DNA of 64,000 bases, taken from the sequence record PP989839.1; one strand, written 5' to 3'. Position 1 is the first letter of the stretch. Each line of letters begins with the position of its first letter. Position numbers and translations under genes: made by a program. This DNA comes from Escherichia phage VTCCBPA_322. Shown one piece after another: positions 19,869 through 31,800 of this stretch. The notes beneath the pieces were generated by a model. It searched no databases and had not been told where the DNA came from. It saw only the letters and a program-made list of their open reading frames with translations.

Positions 19869-20711
19869 ATGATTATGTCTTGTTCTGCTGAGGTAGAAGC
19901 TAACCGACTCCTAGAAGAGTTAACTAAGGGTGACGACTTTACCCTTCCTGATATTGATATGTCCGGTCCTGAATGGGATATCCCTGGTGGAGATGATTCT
20001 CCAATCTTTGGTGCTATTGATAAAATATCCAACGAATCTCTTACTACCCGAGAAGTGGGTGGTAGTGGTACGTTTGATGCATTAATGGAATCTGCTCACA
20101 ATCACCTTAAAGCTGAGTTTAAAGCTAACCGTATTACCGGTGGTGAATATACCAAAGCATACATTGCTATGATGGAATCTTGCATGAGCAATGCTGTTCA
20201 GTTCTTACTTGGTCGTGACCAGGCATACTGGGCTGCTGCTATGGCACAGATTCAGGCAGTTACTGCTCGTGTTCAACTGGCAACTTCTAAAGCACAGTTT
20301 GTACTGGCTAAGATTCAGGCACTGTCTGCTAAGAGTGAATATGCTCTTACTAAGATGAAGATTGCTACTGAGTCTGAAACGTACTGTGCTGCACTGTTTA
20401 ATGCTAACCAGATGCTACCTCAACAGCTTAAATTGCTTACTGAGCAGACTGAAGCACAACGTGCACAGACACTGGATACTCGTACCGATGGTGCAGTAGT
20501 TAAGGGTTCTGTAGGTAAACAGAAAGAGTTGTACTCTCAACAGATTACCTCTTACCAACGTGATGCAGAAGTTAAAGCATCTAAGCTGTTTACTGATGCA
20601 TGGATTACACAGAAGACTATTGATGAAGGCTTGAACCCACCGAATGGTTTCACTAATGCAAGTATTGATACCATTCTGACCAAGCTGAAGTCTAACAACG
20701 GGCTGAACTAA
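19869..20711 (+). CDS. virion structural protein
   Basis: 280 aa; helical, Ala/Gln-rich C-terminal half; within the structural operon. Confidence 0.4.
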   Translation: MIMSCSAEVEANRLLEELTKGDDFTLPDIDMSGPEWDIPGGDDSPIFGAIDKISNESLTTREVGGSGTFDALMESAHNHLKAEFKANRITGGEYTKAYIAMMESCMSNAVQFLLGRDQAYWAAAMAQIQAVTARVQLATSKAQFVLAKIQALSAKSEYALTKMKIATESETYCAALFNANQMLPQQLKLLTEQTEAQRAQTLDTRTDGAVVKGSVGKQKELYSQQITSYQRDAEVKASKLFTDAWITQKTIDEGLNPPNGFTNASIDTILTKLKSNNGLN

Positions 20712-20712
20712 T

Positions 20713-23367
20713 ATGGGCTTATTCAGTGGGAAGACTAAAGTATACGTAGCATCCTCTGTCTATAACATGGCAGGGGATATACACAAACGTCCTAACTATA
20801 TGAAGACTGTAGTTATCGGTAATATTGTTTCCAATACAGGATTCACTATGGCAGATACTATCTCTGATAGTTATCTGAATGGGCCAGGCATTCGTATGCG
20901 ACTGTTCTCCAGCTGGAGTAAGAACCACTATGATTCAGTAGTTGGTATGGCTGGTTCTTCATTAGGTGTATTGGCTAAGATTGACCCTACTGTTATAGAA
21001 GGGCAAATTACACCACCTGCTGGAGAGTCAGTCTATGTTCAGGCAGCAGAGATAGGCTTTGCTGACTTTGAGCAATGGTGTGACCAGTATCTTTATGAAA
21101 ATGCTCCAAGTCGAATCATGGAACGATTCGACATAGACATTGACGAAGATACTAATGAAATCACTATGACCTCCTTAGATGGAGGCTCTACTATTACATT
21201 CACACCTACTAACTTTGAACCAGGTGCTTTATATCTCTATGCTGATTACTCATTCTATAAGTCCCCTACCACCAATCCACCAGTAGTAGGACCGACTACC
21301 GTTTATGATGATGAGGATGACTTACCATCTACTTTGTTATGGACTACTGTCTCTAGTGATACGACTGCTAACACAACCAATCTTACTAAGACTATACATA
21401 CTCATTCTGTTTACTCTGATGGTAGACCAGATGAGGACAGTACTGTTACTGAGCCAAGTGTGGATAACTGGAACTCTTACATTAAAGTTTACCGTAGAGG
21501 ATTTACTGAGAAACCTGATGATGTGACTGTAGTTGTATCTGACAGGGTAATGACTCATACAAAGTTTGGAGAGATTCAGTCCAGTACTTCTGTAACTACT
21601 AATGTAGTTGATATAGGTGGTGGTGTTACTCGTACAGATACAATCACTACAACCACAGAGACACTGGTTCGTAAGTATTCATCCCAGACTACTCGTACTG
21701 ATACTGAGATGACTGCTGTTGGTACACCTAAGATGCTTATCTATAAGCAGAACTCCGGTAATGTTGTACTGGATTCACTGTTTGAAACTGAGGCTACTGA
21801 TAACCGATTCTACCCATTTATTCCAATCAGGAATGATAAACAATGGGTAGAGAATGACCCAATCTACCCCCACTGTAAGAAAGCTCTTTATAAAGCTACT
21901 GGTGGGAAAATTGATAAAGTAGTCACAGAGCTTAAGAAGAATGATGACATAGGAGATATTCAGTACATCTATGGTTCATTCGGTGTATCCCTTAATACTC
22001 CTGAGGATACTGCTAAAGAATACATCTACCGTTTCTTTCAGATGGCTACTGAAGCATTTCCACCTGACCCAACTTATCCAACACTGGAGGCAGTAATTGC
22101 AGGTTATCAGGCAGCAAATGATGCAGTTGATGCATACGTGGAATGGTGGAACAGGCAGGAAGGTCAGATTGTTGGAACACCTCCTCCATTGCCAGAATAC
22201 CCAGTCATACCTAAGCGAGAGTTTAGGGTACATAGTAATAAGCAGTACAAGTACGACATGACTATTGGCTGGAACTATGTATCTGAAACTACCCATTCAG
22301 GACAAGCATGGTCTGGTGCTAAGCAAGGACAACTTCGAGCCAGATATGCTGGAGATATAACGCTTACTCGTAAGAACATACGTACTGCTAGTAACTCTGG
22401 TTCAGTTAAGAAGTTGGAAGTTACTACTACATTTTACTCTATGCAGGAGTATGAGTTACTTTGGCAGGATGGTAATGACACTTACCGTAAACTTAGGGTA
22501 TTAGGTCTAAACCACAATAACAGGGTATATAAGAACAAGTCAGTGCACATTGATGTTGCCGAAGCAATGGGAGATGCAGAGGAGAGCGGATTCATTATTC
22601 CACTGCACACTAATATCTACCGTTCAATGTCACTGGTTCGTAGTACACAGCTGTCTACTGCCTGTTCCTACTTAGTAATGAACTCATATAAGAAAGTTAA
22701 GCAGAAGTGGTACACAACATCTGCCTTTAAGATTGTGGTTGTTGTAGTTGCTGTCGTTGTATCTGTATTTACTATGGGTGCTGGTGGTGCAGGTATTCTT
22801 GGGGCATACGGTGCAGTTGGTGCATCCCTGGGTTTTGTTGGATTAGCTGCTGTAATAGTTGGTGCTGTAGCAAACGCAATTGCTGCAATGATTCTGGTAT
22901 CTATTATTACTAAAGTATCTACTTCACTGTTCGGTGATAAGCTAGGTTTTATCATTGCTGCTATTGCCTCAATGGTAGCCATGAACGTTGGTACTGCTTT
23001 GTCTACTGGTACATCCTTATCTTCCCTAGCCGGTGAAATGATGAATGCCCAAAACATCATGCAGCTTACCAGTTCAGTTGGCAATGGTATTAGTCAGTAT
23101 ATTAATGCATCCACGGCTGCTACTATTCAGAAAGCAGAGAATATAATGCAGCAGTACAATACTGATATGATGGCAATCAATAAGCAGTATGAAGAAATGT
23201 TCGGTACTGCTGGACAGGGTGTGATTGACCCCATGCAATTCGTGTCAATGGAGTCGTTGGATTCGTTCCTATCACGTACTCTCATGAATGGTTCAGATAT
23301 AGCTGACTTGTCCTTAGACATGGTTGGCAACTACTCTGATATGACTCTTAATACTGACCTTATTTAA
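20713..23367 (+). CDS. large virion protein with C-terminal multi-pass hydrophobic region (ejection/channel protein candidate)
   Basis: 884 aa; residues ~680-790 contain several Gly/Ala/Val-rich helices (VVVVVAVVVSVFTMGAGGAGILGAYGAVGASLGFVGLAAVIVGAV...). Confidence 0.45.
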   Translation: MGLFSGKTKVYVASSVYNMAGDIHKRPNYMKTVVIGNIVSNTGFTMADTISDSYLNGPGIRMRLFSSWSKNHYDSVVGMAGSSLGVLAKIDPTVIEGQITPPAGESVYVQAAEIGFADFEQWCDQYLYENAPSRIMERFDIDIDEDTNEITMTSLDGGSTITFTPTNFEPGALYLYADYSFYKSPTTNPPVVGPTTVYDDEDDLPSTLLWTTVSSDTTANTTNLTKTIHTHSVYSDGRPDEDSTVTEPSVDNWNSYIKVYRRGFTEKPDDVTVVVSDRVMTHTKFGEIQSSTSVTTNVVDIGGGVTRTDTITTTTETLVRKYSSQTTRTDTEMTAVGTPKMLIYKQNSGNVVLDSLFETEATDNRFYPFIPIRNDKQWVENDPIYPHCKKALYKATGGKIDKVVTELKKNDDIGDIQYIYGSFGVSLNTPEDTAKEYIYRFFQMATEAFPPDPTYPTLEAVIAGYQAANDAVDAYVEWWNRQEGQIVGTPPPLPEYPVIPKREFRVHSNKQYKYDMTIGWNYVSETTHSGQAWSGAKQGQLRARYAGDITLTRKNIRTASNSGSVKKLEVTTTFYSMQEYELLWQDGNDTYRKLRVLGLNHNNRVYKNKSVHIDVAEAMGDAEESGFIIPLHTNIYRSMSLVRSTQLSTACSYLVMNSYKKVKQKWYTTSAFKIVVVVVAVVVSVFTMGAGGAGILGAYGAVGASLGFVGLAAVIVGAVANAIAAMILVSIITKVSTSLFGDKLGFIIAAIASMVAMNVGTALSTGTSLSSLAGEMMNAQNIMQLTSSVGNGISQYINASTAATIQKAENIMQQYNTDMMAINKQYEEMFGTAGQGVIDPMQFVSMESLDSFLSRTLMNGSDIADLSLDMVGNYSDMTLNTDLI

Positions 23368-23380
23368 CAGGAGAATCCCC

Positions 23381-23824
23381 ATGGATTTGTCATTCTTAAC
23401 AGGCAACCAAACTCCACAGCCAGCTGCTATGTCTTGGATGTCTAATAACAATCAGAACTTTAATACCCCGGCTATGAACTATGTACCTGGTGCAACTATT
23501 GGTATGGGAGCAAATACAGGAGTAGCTTCTCCTACCTCTTTCCTGTCTGGTTCAGCTAATCAGTTGGGTTTGAATGTACCCACCTTCCAACTAGGCTTAG
23601 GTGCACTTGGTTCATTAGCGAATATCTATAGTGGTTTCCAGGCTAATAAGTTAGCCAAAGACCAGTTGAACTTTACCAAGAGTGTTACTAACACTAACCT
23701 GAATAATCAGATTAAGTCTTATAACACTGCACTGGAAGACCGTGCTCGTAGTCGTGCTACAGCAGAGAACCGTGACCAGTCTACTGCTGATGCTTATATT
23801 GCAGCTAATAAATTAACCCGTTAA
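23381..23824 (+). CDS. virion protein
   Basis: 147 aa; AGGAGA SD before ATG 23381. Confidence 0.4.
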   Translation: MDLSFLTGNQTPQPAAMSWMSNNNQNFNTPAMNYVPGATIGMGANTGVASPTSFLSGSANQLGLNVPTFQLGLGALGSLANIYSGFQANKLAKDQLNFTKSVTNTNLNNQIKSYNTALEDRARSRATAENRDQSTADAYIAANKLTR

Positions 23825-23836
23825 TAGGAAACCATC

Positions 23837-25801
23837 ATGGCTCAAATTACATGGCGTAATGTTGATGCACCCAACTTCTCTGGGGTTGGTGACAGCATTC
23901 GCACATTTGGCAACATGATTGGTAACGCCACCTCCGGCTTAAGTGATGCACTGGGTAATTTCCAGAACGCTGCCAAGCAGGAGGCTGGCAATGCCGTCAT
24001 GATGAATGCTATGCAGTATCAAGACCCTACTGAGTATCGCAATGCTTTAGCATCCGGTGCACTGTTTCAGGGGGTTGACCCTTCACTGGTAAACCAACGT
24101 ACTCTCCAGAATCTGGATGAGCGAGCAGGCACACTTCTGACCCAACAAGGTCAGCAGGGAACCAATGACTATAATGCTTATCGCTTTGGTCGTTTACAGG
24201 ATACTAATGCTGCATTAGATAGTGCTTCCCCAGCTATTCGTTTACTGTCTGAGGCTTATCAGTCTGGTGACCAGAATCGTATTAATGCTGCATTGGGTCA
24301 GACGCGTGAAGCGTTATCTGCACTACCTGCTGACCAACAACTGGATATGTTGAGTCGTCTACAAGGACAAGGTGGTCAGGCTATCAATCAAGCACAGAAC
24401 CGTTTTGATTTAGGCGTGGCTCAACGTAATGATGCAGATAGTCAGGCAGCTATGGGTGTAATGTCTCAAATTACCCGTGGTGCTGAGAACCCCAATGATG
24501 CTCGTTTGCTGGCAGAAGCATATAGTAAAAACCTGTCCCCTGTTGCACAGGCACGTTTACAGGAAATGCTCGCTCGTGCATACCCGGGTGTCTATGGCAA
24601 TAATGTTGGTGCTACATCTGCTCCCGGTACTGCTGGTACTCGTCAGGGTTCCCCTTATGATGTTACTTATCAGTTTGCTGGTACATCTACTCCTATTACT
24701 CAAATGAGTATTGGTGATGTAATTAAACACCAGGATGTTATGAAGACTAATCAGGGTGCTTCCCCTGTTGGTGCATTCCAGATTAACCAAGCTACCTTGA
24801 AAGACTTTGCCCCCAAAGTTCTTGGTTCAGATTGGCAGAACCAACCTCTTTCTCCTGAGAACCAGGAGAAGATTGGTAAGGCTATTTTTGAGGCTCGTAA
24901 GAATGGTAACCTTAAAGATACCTGGGCTGCTTTACCTAACTCTACCCCTGGTGCTTATAAGGATATGACTTGGGAACAGATTAAACCTGTTATTGCCCAA
25001 GCTGAAGTAGGGGCTGACCCATTCGCTCTGATTCAGAATAATCAAGGAAATCAGGCAGTATCTACCTTGGCTCAGGGTATGATTGGTACACGTTCTATGC
25101 AGGATAACACCGGTAGTCTTAATACCGATTTCCTGGGTACTGTCACCGATAATACTCCAGTAGGTGAGATTGCTAATCGTCTACTGGATGGTGACTTTAA
25201 GGGTGCTGACCGTAACTGGGTACTTAACCGATTAACTGATATTTCTCAACGTGGGAATATGTCTCCAGCTATGGCTGCTGCTGTTATGCAACGTGCACAG
25301 ACTGGTGTACCGGAAGGTTATATTAGTCGTGCTATTGATGCGGTTAACCCATTCATTACCAACGAAGCCGGTAATGGTATGCGTCTTAATGACCGTCTGG
25401 TAGATCAGTTAATTGAGGGTGTACAACGTGGTGAACCACTGGAAGGCAGTGTGCGAAACCTTGGTCGTGCTCAAGCTATGCAGAATATTCAGGCAGCACA
25501 GACTGCTTATGATGCTGCTGTAGCTGCACTGACAAATACCCAGAACAAGATTAACACCGGACAAACCGGTCTTACTGCATTGTTACCCGCACGTCAGGAA
25601 GCTGTTACTAAAGCTGCTGCAATGCTTCAAGCTGCACAAGCCCAAGTACAAGCAGACCCAGCTAACCTGGCTCCAAGAGGTTTTCGGTCACAGGCTAGTG
25701 TGGACAGAGCACGAGCCAAGGAAGATGAAGAACGTGCTGCACGTTACCTACGTCAGGCACAAGGTTTGCCTGAGTATATGCAACCAAGACAAAATCGGTA
25801 A
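23837..25801 (+). CDS. virion protein
   Basis: 654 aa; Gln/Ala-rich low-complexity regions; immediately upstream of vRNAP. Confidence 0.4.
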   Translation: MAQITWRNVDAPNFSGVGDSIRTFGNMIGNATSGLSDALGNFQNAAKQEAGNAVMMNAMQYQDPTEYRNALASGALFQGVDPSLVNQRTLQNLDERAGTLLTQQGQQGTNDYNAYRFGRLQDTNAALDSASPAIRLLSEAYQSGDQNRINAALGQTREALSALPADQQLDMLSRLQGQGGQAINQAQNRFDLGVAQRNDADSQAAMGVMSQITRGAENPNDARLLAEAYSKNLSPVAQARLQEMLARAYPGVYGNNVGATSAPGTAGTRQGSPYDVTYQFAGTSTPITQMSIGDVIKHQDVMKTNQGASPVGAFQINQATLKDFAPKVLGSDWQNQPLSPENQEKIGKAIFEARKNGNLKDTWAALPNSTPGAYKDMTWEQIKPVIAQAEVGADPFALIQNNQGNQAVSTLAQGMIGTRSMQDNTGSLNTDFLGTVTDNTPVGEIANRLLDGDFKGADRNWVLNRLTDISQRGNMSPAMAAAVMQRAQTGVPEGYISRAIDAVNPFITNEAGNGMRLNDRLVDQLIEGVQRGEPLEGSVRNLGRAQAMQNIQAAQTAYDAAVAALTNTQNKINTGQTGLTALLPARQEAVTKAAAMLQAAQAQVQADPANLAPRGFRSQASVDRARAKEDEERAARYLRQAQGLPEYMQPRQNR

Positions 25802-25809
25802 TACTAATA

Positions 25810-25831
25810 AAAGCCCTTCGGGGCTTTTTTC
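25810..25831 (+). terminator. rho-independent terminator AAAGCCC-TTCG-GGGCTTT + TTTC
   Basis: Perfect stem with TTCG loop and T-run directly after the stop at 25801. Confidence 0.7.
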
Positions 25832-25839
25832 TTACACAG

Positions 25840-25857
25840 GCTTACTGTAGAGTAAGC
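25840..25857 (+). promoter_or_regulatory. hairpin GCTTACT-GTAG-AGTAAGC upstream of vRNAP gene
   Basis: 7-bp perfect inverted repeat between the terminator and the vRNAP SD (AGGAA 25883-25887). Confidence 0.3.
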
Positions 25858-25895
25858 TTCCTATATACGATATAAGTTTGAACAGGAAACATGCT

Positions 25896-28800
25896 ATGTC
25901 AACATTTGACCGTCTGGCAGGTTTCGCAGACAGCATCACTAATGCCAAGCAAGTCGATGTCTCTACTGCAACCTCTCAGAAGCAAGCTGCACAAGGGCAA
26001 AGCCCTTTCCAATTAACCCCAGAGAATGCTTACAATCTCCAAACTGGTCGTGTAGGTAATCTTGGAATCGGTGCATTCGAACCAGGTTCACTTCAGGCAG
26101 ATTTCACTCAAGCCTCTCCATTAGAAATTCTTAATAAATACGGTAATGAGCAAGGTCTACAGATTCTTAATAGCCGAGCTAATGCTGCTGATGTTGTACG
26201 TCAGGACTTATCTAAGCAACGTACTAACGCAGAAGCATTTGGTGATACTCTTTCTGGTGTTGGTCTTGGTGTTGCTAATACCCTTGGGGGCATTGCTGCT
26301 CTTGGCACAGGTCTGGTCAATGATAATGCCGGGGCATCCATTGCTTCCGGGATGGATTGGTTGAATGAAGGTGTACACAATCTACAGTCTGATGCACTGA
26401 ATGCTACCCGTAAGGTTGTTCAGAATCAGAACCTGATTTCTGCACAAAAGAACCAGAAACTTTATGAAGAAGACATTAAGAATGGGGAGAGCAGTTTGGT
26501 TGCCTCCTTGTCTCGCATTGGTCGTGACGCTTTTGATTCCGTTGCTAATACACTTGATAATGGTATGGCTGCCACCGATGGACTGAGTGAAGGTGTTGGT
26601 TCCCTCTTTACTGGTGGTCCACTTATCCGTGGTGTATCTGCACTTGGTAAAGTAATGGTAGGTGGTGATAAAGCTATTAAAGGTATTACCTTAGCTGCTG
26701 AGTTAGGTTCACGCCCTGCACAGGTTGCATTGTCTGCTGGTCGTGTTGCTGCACCTGCTATAGCAATTGGTGGTATGGAAGCTGGTGGTGCATACCAACA
26801 GACTGCTTCTGAAATCATGAAGATGTCCCATCAAGAATTAGCAAGTAAGTCTCCTGTTTATCAACAACATATTGCTGATGGTTTATCCCCTGATGAAGCT
26901 CGTCGTCAGACTGCATCTGAAACAGGTATCGTTGCTGCTGGCTTAACTGCTCCGGTTGCTGCTGCTACTGGTCCACTGGTATCCAAATTTGAACTCAACC
27001 CCCTTAAAGTAGGTTCACTGGCTGGTGCTGGCTCTAACATGCTACGTGAGACTGTAGAAGAAGGTATCCAGTCCGGTACTAGTCAGTTTGCACAGAACAA
27101 AGCAATTCAGGGTAATGTAGATGCTAAGCGTGATTTGCTTAAAGGTGTCGGTGAACAAGCAGGTCTTGGTGCACTTTATGGCTTCGGTAGTGCTGGTGTT
27201 GCTCAGGCTCCAGGTGCAACTGTTAAAGCTGTTGGTGCTTCTGCTGGGCCTGCTTTACGTACTACTCTGGCTGGTGCTTCTCTGGTTGGTAGTGCATTAG
27301 CAAAAGCTGCCTCTCCTATTACTAACATCCTGGTTCAACGTGGGGAAGAAGTTGCTAAGCGTAATGAACAAGCATCTCCTGTATCAGACGCTACAGTTAA
27401 CGCTGCTGCACAAGAAGCTACTGCTCAGGCAGAACAAGCACAAGCAACTGTACAGGAAGCAGTAGATGCAATGGATATTTCTCCTGAAGAGAAAGCTGCT
27501 GCTACTCAGTATGCTGCTGACTTAACTCAGGCAATGAAGTTTGACCCAGTAGAGTTAGAGCAAGCTAATCCAGCAATCCGTGAAGCTGTTTCTGGTTCCA
27601 CTAACCGTGTAGAAGCTATTCAGAAGATGGCTGACCTGGTTAATACTGCTGAAGACCCTAACGTTCAAATGGAAGCTGCAATCCAGATGTATGACAACAT
27701 CATGTCTATGGATAGCTTCATTAATCGTGACCCGGGTGCTTTGGCTAATCTGGAACAGGGTTCTCCTGCTGCTAATATTGTTGACCAGTTCTCCGGTCTG
27801 ATGGCTAACGTACAGAATACTCCAAAGGTACTTCGTGCATTCCGTGCCATCCATTCTATGATTCAGGAACAGGCTGAAGCAGGTAAGTTAAAAGCTACTG
27901 AAGAAGCTAATCAAGCCCAAGCAAACAACATTGCTATGGCTGCTGATATGTCTCCAGAAGTATTGGATGCAGATTCAGTGAACATGGTTCTGAAACATGC
28001 AAGTGAAGGTAAGATTACACTGGGTAATCGTCAGCGTGCTGCCTTGCAATCTGCTGCTGCTTTATTACAAGGAGCACGGGAATTTGACGCTAAAGCAGAA
28101 GAACTGGGCTTACGTCCTCAGGACATTGTTAGTAAACAGATTAAAACCGACGAATCTCGTTCTAATGAAGGTCAGTACTCTGCGTTGCAACATGCTAAAC
28201 GCATTCGTTCTGCGTACAACTCTGGTAACTTCGATTTGGCTTCCGCTTATCTCGACGACTTTATGAAGTTCGCCCAGCACATGCAGAATAAGGTCGGAGC
28301 GTTGAATGAGCATCTGATTTCTGGGAATGCGGATAAGAATAAGTCTGTCCATTATCAGGCTCTTACTCCCTCCCGTGAATGGGTACGTAGTCGTACTGGC
28401 CTCGGTGTCAATCCGTATGATACCAAGTCGGTTAAGTTTGCCCAGCAAGTAGGACTGGAGGCCAAAACCGTAGCTGATATTGCTAATGCACTTGCTACGG
28501 CTTACCCGGAGCTTAATGTTTCTCATGTGAAGGTTACCCCATTAGATTCACGTCTGGACAAGCCTGCTGCCCAGGTGGTTAAAGAGTTCCGTCAGGGCAA
28601 TCTTGACGCTGCTCAATCCCAACAGACCAATGAACCAGTGAATCAGGTTGATAAATCTCCTGCACCTGTGCAAGAGGCCACTACTACTGTACAGCCTAAA
28701 GCTAAACTAGTGGTAGAAAATAAGACTGTTCCTGTTAAGGAGACTAGTTCAAAAGCAGAAGAAGTCTCTACTACCGAATCCGAAAGGGATGCTTATGTGA

Positions 28801-31800
28801 AAGAAAATACTATTTCACAGGACATCCTCAATAAGAGCGGTGATCGTAGAGAGAGTCCTTGGCTCTTTGCTGATGGTACTGTTGTTGGTTCTAACGGCGA
28901 TCACATTAGCCTGTCCGATGTATTTGGTCACGATGGCTATCGTGATATGTCTTTGGATACTGGTGCTGTACGTTCTACTTTCTATAAAGGCAGTGAGCAA
29001 CCATTCGTATCTTTGCAACTTTTTGATAATCAGAAGCTAACTACTGAACAATTCAATACTGTTCAATCATTCGTAGAAGCAAACAATGCACTGATTCAGA
29101 TTGGTGTAGATACGTCTGGGCGTAACACCAATAACGTTGAGAAGATAGAAGTATCACTGGCCCAACTGAAAGCAGACTATACCGTTGGTGGTAAACCCCT
29201 GTCTGAGATGGAAACAGTGTTCCCTGTCTATAACAATGACAAGACACCGAACCAGTTCCTGAAAGCATTTACCCTGCCGGAAGAACCTAAGTCTCGCACC
29301 ATTGGTTCTGAATCCCCTTTGACTGATGTTAAGCAAGCACTGTCTTCTGCTGCTCGCTTTGAAGCATTCACTCAAAAAGAAAATAACGCTCTCACAAGTG
29401 ATGTGATTAAGCGTTATCAGGACTTAATGGACTTTGGTGAAACTCTGAAGACTACTTTGTCTGACCGTCTGACTAAGTTTCTTGCTAATAAGAATGTTGG
29501 TAAACGTTTTGCAGAAGGTACTGAGGCTAACCGTTGGGTAGGTGGTAAGTTACTTAACATCGTAGAGAAAGATGGGGATACCTTTAAGTTCAATGACCAG
29601 TTGTTAGAGACTGCTGTACTTGCTGGTCTGCAATGGCGACTTACTGCTACACAAAATGCTGCTGTTAAAGATATGAAAGACGTAGCTGCTATTACTGGAG
29701 TAGAAGCATCCTTGTTACCTGAAGGTATCCTGGCTGAATTTGAGAATGCTCAGACTCTGGTTGAAGCTACTAACTCACTGGCTCAAAAGATTGAATCTTA
29801 CTGGGGTCTGAATCGTAATCCTAATGCACCTCTGGGTTATACCAAAGGTATCCCAATGGCAATGGCTACAGAGATTCTGTCTTCTTTCATTGAGATGGGT
29901 GAAGTTAAAGAATCTATGCTGGATGTGTCTGAGTTTGACCCAGCTTCTAATAAGACTGTTGGTCTGTATACTATTGAGAAACTGGATGATAATGATGCCA
30001 TTAACAAATTCCCTACTGCTATTGAGGAAGCTGTCCTCGTAGAACCAGAAGAGAAAATGTACTTTGGTGATGATATTCCTTCCGTGGCTCAAACACAGTT
30101 ACGTAATCCTGCTGTTAAGAATACCCCAGAGCAGAAAGCTGCTCTTAAAGCAGAACAGGCTACCGAGTTCCGTGTACACATGCCTATGGTTAACTTCTAT
30201 GAAGCATTAGGTCGTGACAACATTCTGGAACTGATGGGTGCTGGTACTCTTAATCCTGAACTGCTGAACGTGAATACTGCTAAATCATTGGAAGGTAAAA
30301 ACCTGTCCGTGTCCATGGCATATGATTCCTTGTTTGGTGTAATCAATCAATTACAGGAACAGGAGAATGGTCTGGATACGCCTATTCACTATGGTTACAA
30401 CATGACCCGTGTAGGTCGTATGCAGATGCTTGGTAAGAACAACCCACAATCCAGCAAGCTGGTTCGTGAAGCAATTCTGCCAACCTTCTCTACTATTGAC
30501 TTAAGTAATGAAAATAGCCAAACGTTCTCTGACTTCCAGTTAGGTCTGGCTCAGGCATTGGGCATCAAGGTTCATAATATGTCCCGTGAAGCTATGTCTG
30601 AAAAACTGACCAAAGCTCTGGAAGGTAATTTGAAACCTGCTGTTGATATGATGGTTGAGTTTGATAAGTCCGGTCACTTACCTGCTGATGCAGTAGATAT
30701 TCTGAAGACATCTCTGGGTGGTGATAAATCATTCGTAGCTCTTATGGCTCTTATGGAATATGCCCGTTACCTTAACAGTACTGACCGTGCTAACTTTAAT
30801 ACCCCACTGTACGTTGAAGCCGATGGTGTAACCAACGGGCCAATCAATGCAATGGTATTAATGACCGGTGGTAAGTTCACTTCGGATTGGATTAAGAATA
30901 CTGCTAAAGGTGGTTTGTTCTTCGGTAAAGCTGGTAAGACTATGAACGAACACCGTTCACAGGATGACAGTGTTGACTTGTATGAAGCATCTACTAATGG
31001 TCTGCAACAAGCACTAAATGAGTTACGTACTACTTACCGTAATAATGTTCCGGTCATGAACCAGATGAATCATCTTCAGAAGTTAATGGACCTGTTCATT
31101 AAAGACTTTAACCTGAACGAAGACGGTACTTTGGACCTGAAACGTGGTATCGCTAAAAACCCACTGACTATTACCATCTATGGTTCTGGTGCTCGTGGTA
31201 TTGCTGGCAAGATGGTTAGTGCAATTACTGACACCATCTATGAACGCTTCAGTGATGTTCTGCAAGCTCGTGCTGCTGACCCTAGCATTTCCCCAGCTAT
31301 GGCAATGTTTGGTAAGGAGGCTGCGTCTGAGGCTAATGCTCAGGCTATGCTGGATACTTTCCTTACATCTATGGAAGCACTGACTGGTAATGTTCCAGTT
31401 ATGCGTAAAGGTCAACTGTCTATTCAACAGGTAGAAGGTGCTCTGACTGGTAAGTTAGACCCACAGAAATTTACTGTATCTGGTAATGCCCTGAAGAACT
31501 TACAAGAGAACATGCTTCACCTGTTCGTTGAACCAATGCGTACTGGTATCCGTAATACTGTTGGTGAAGGTCTTATGCATTCTACTGAGAACTTGCAGAA
31601 GGCTACCCAGATTCAGTCTTTGGTTCTGCAAGACATGTTCCAACAAGCAGTACAGGCTAAGCTGGCAGAAAAAGAAAAAGACCCAACATGGAAGAAGGGT
31701 GATTTCTTAACACAGAAAGAACTTAATGAAATCCAGGAATCATTATCTCCACTGGCTCCAATGATTGAGACTGGTTCACAGACTTTCTACATTGCTGGTA

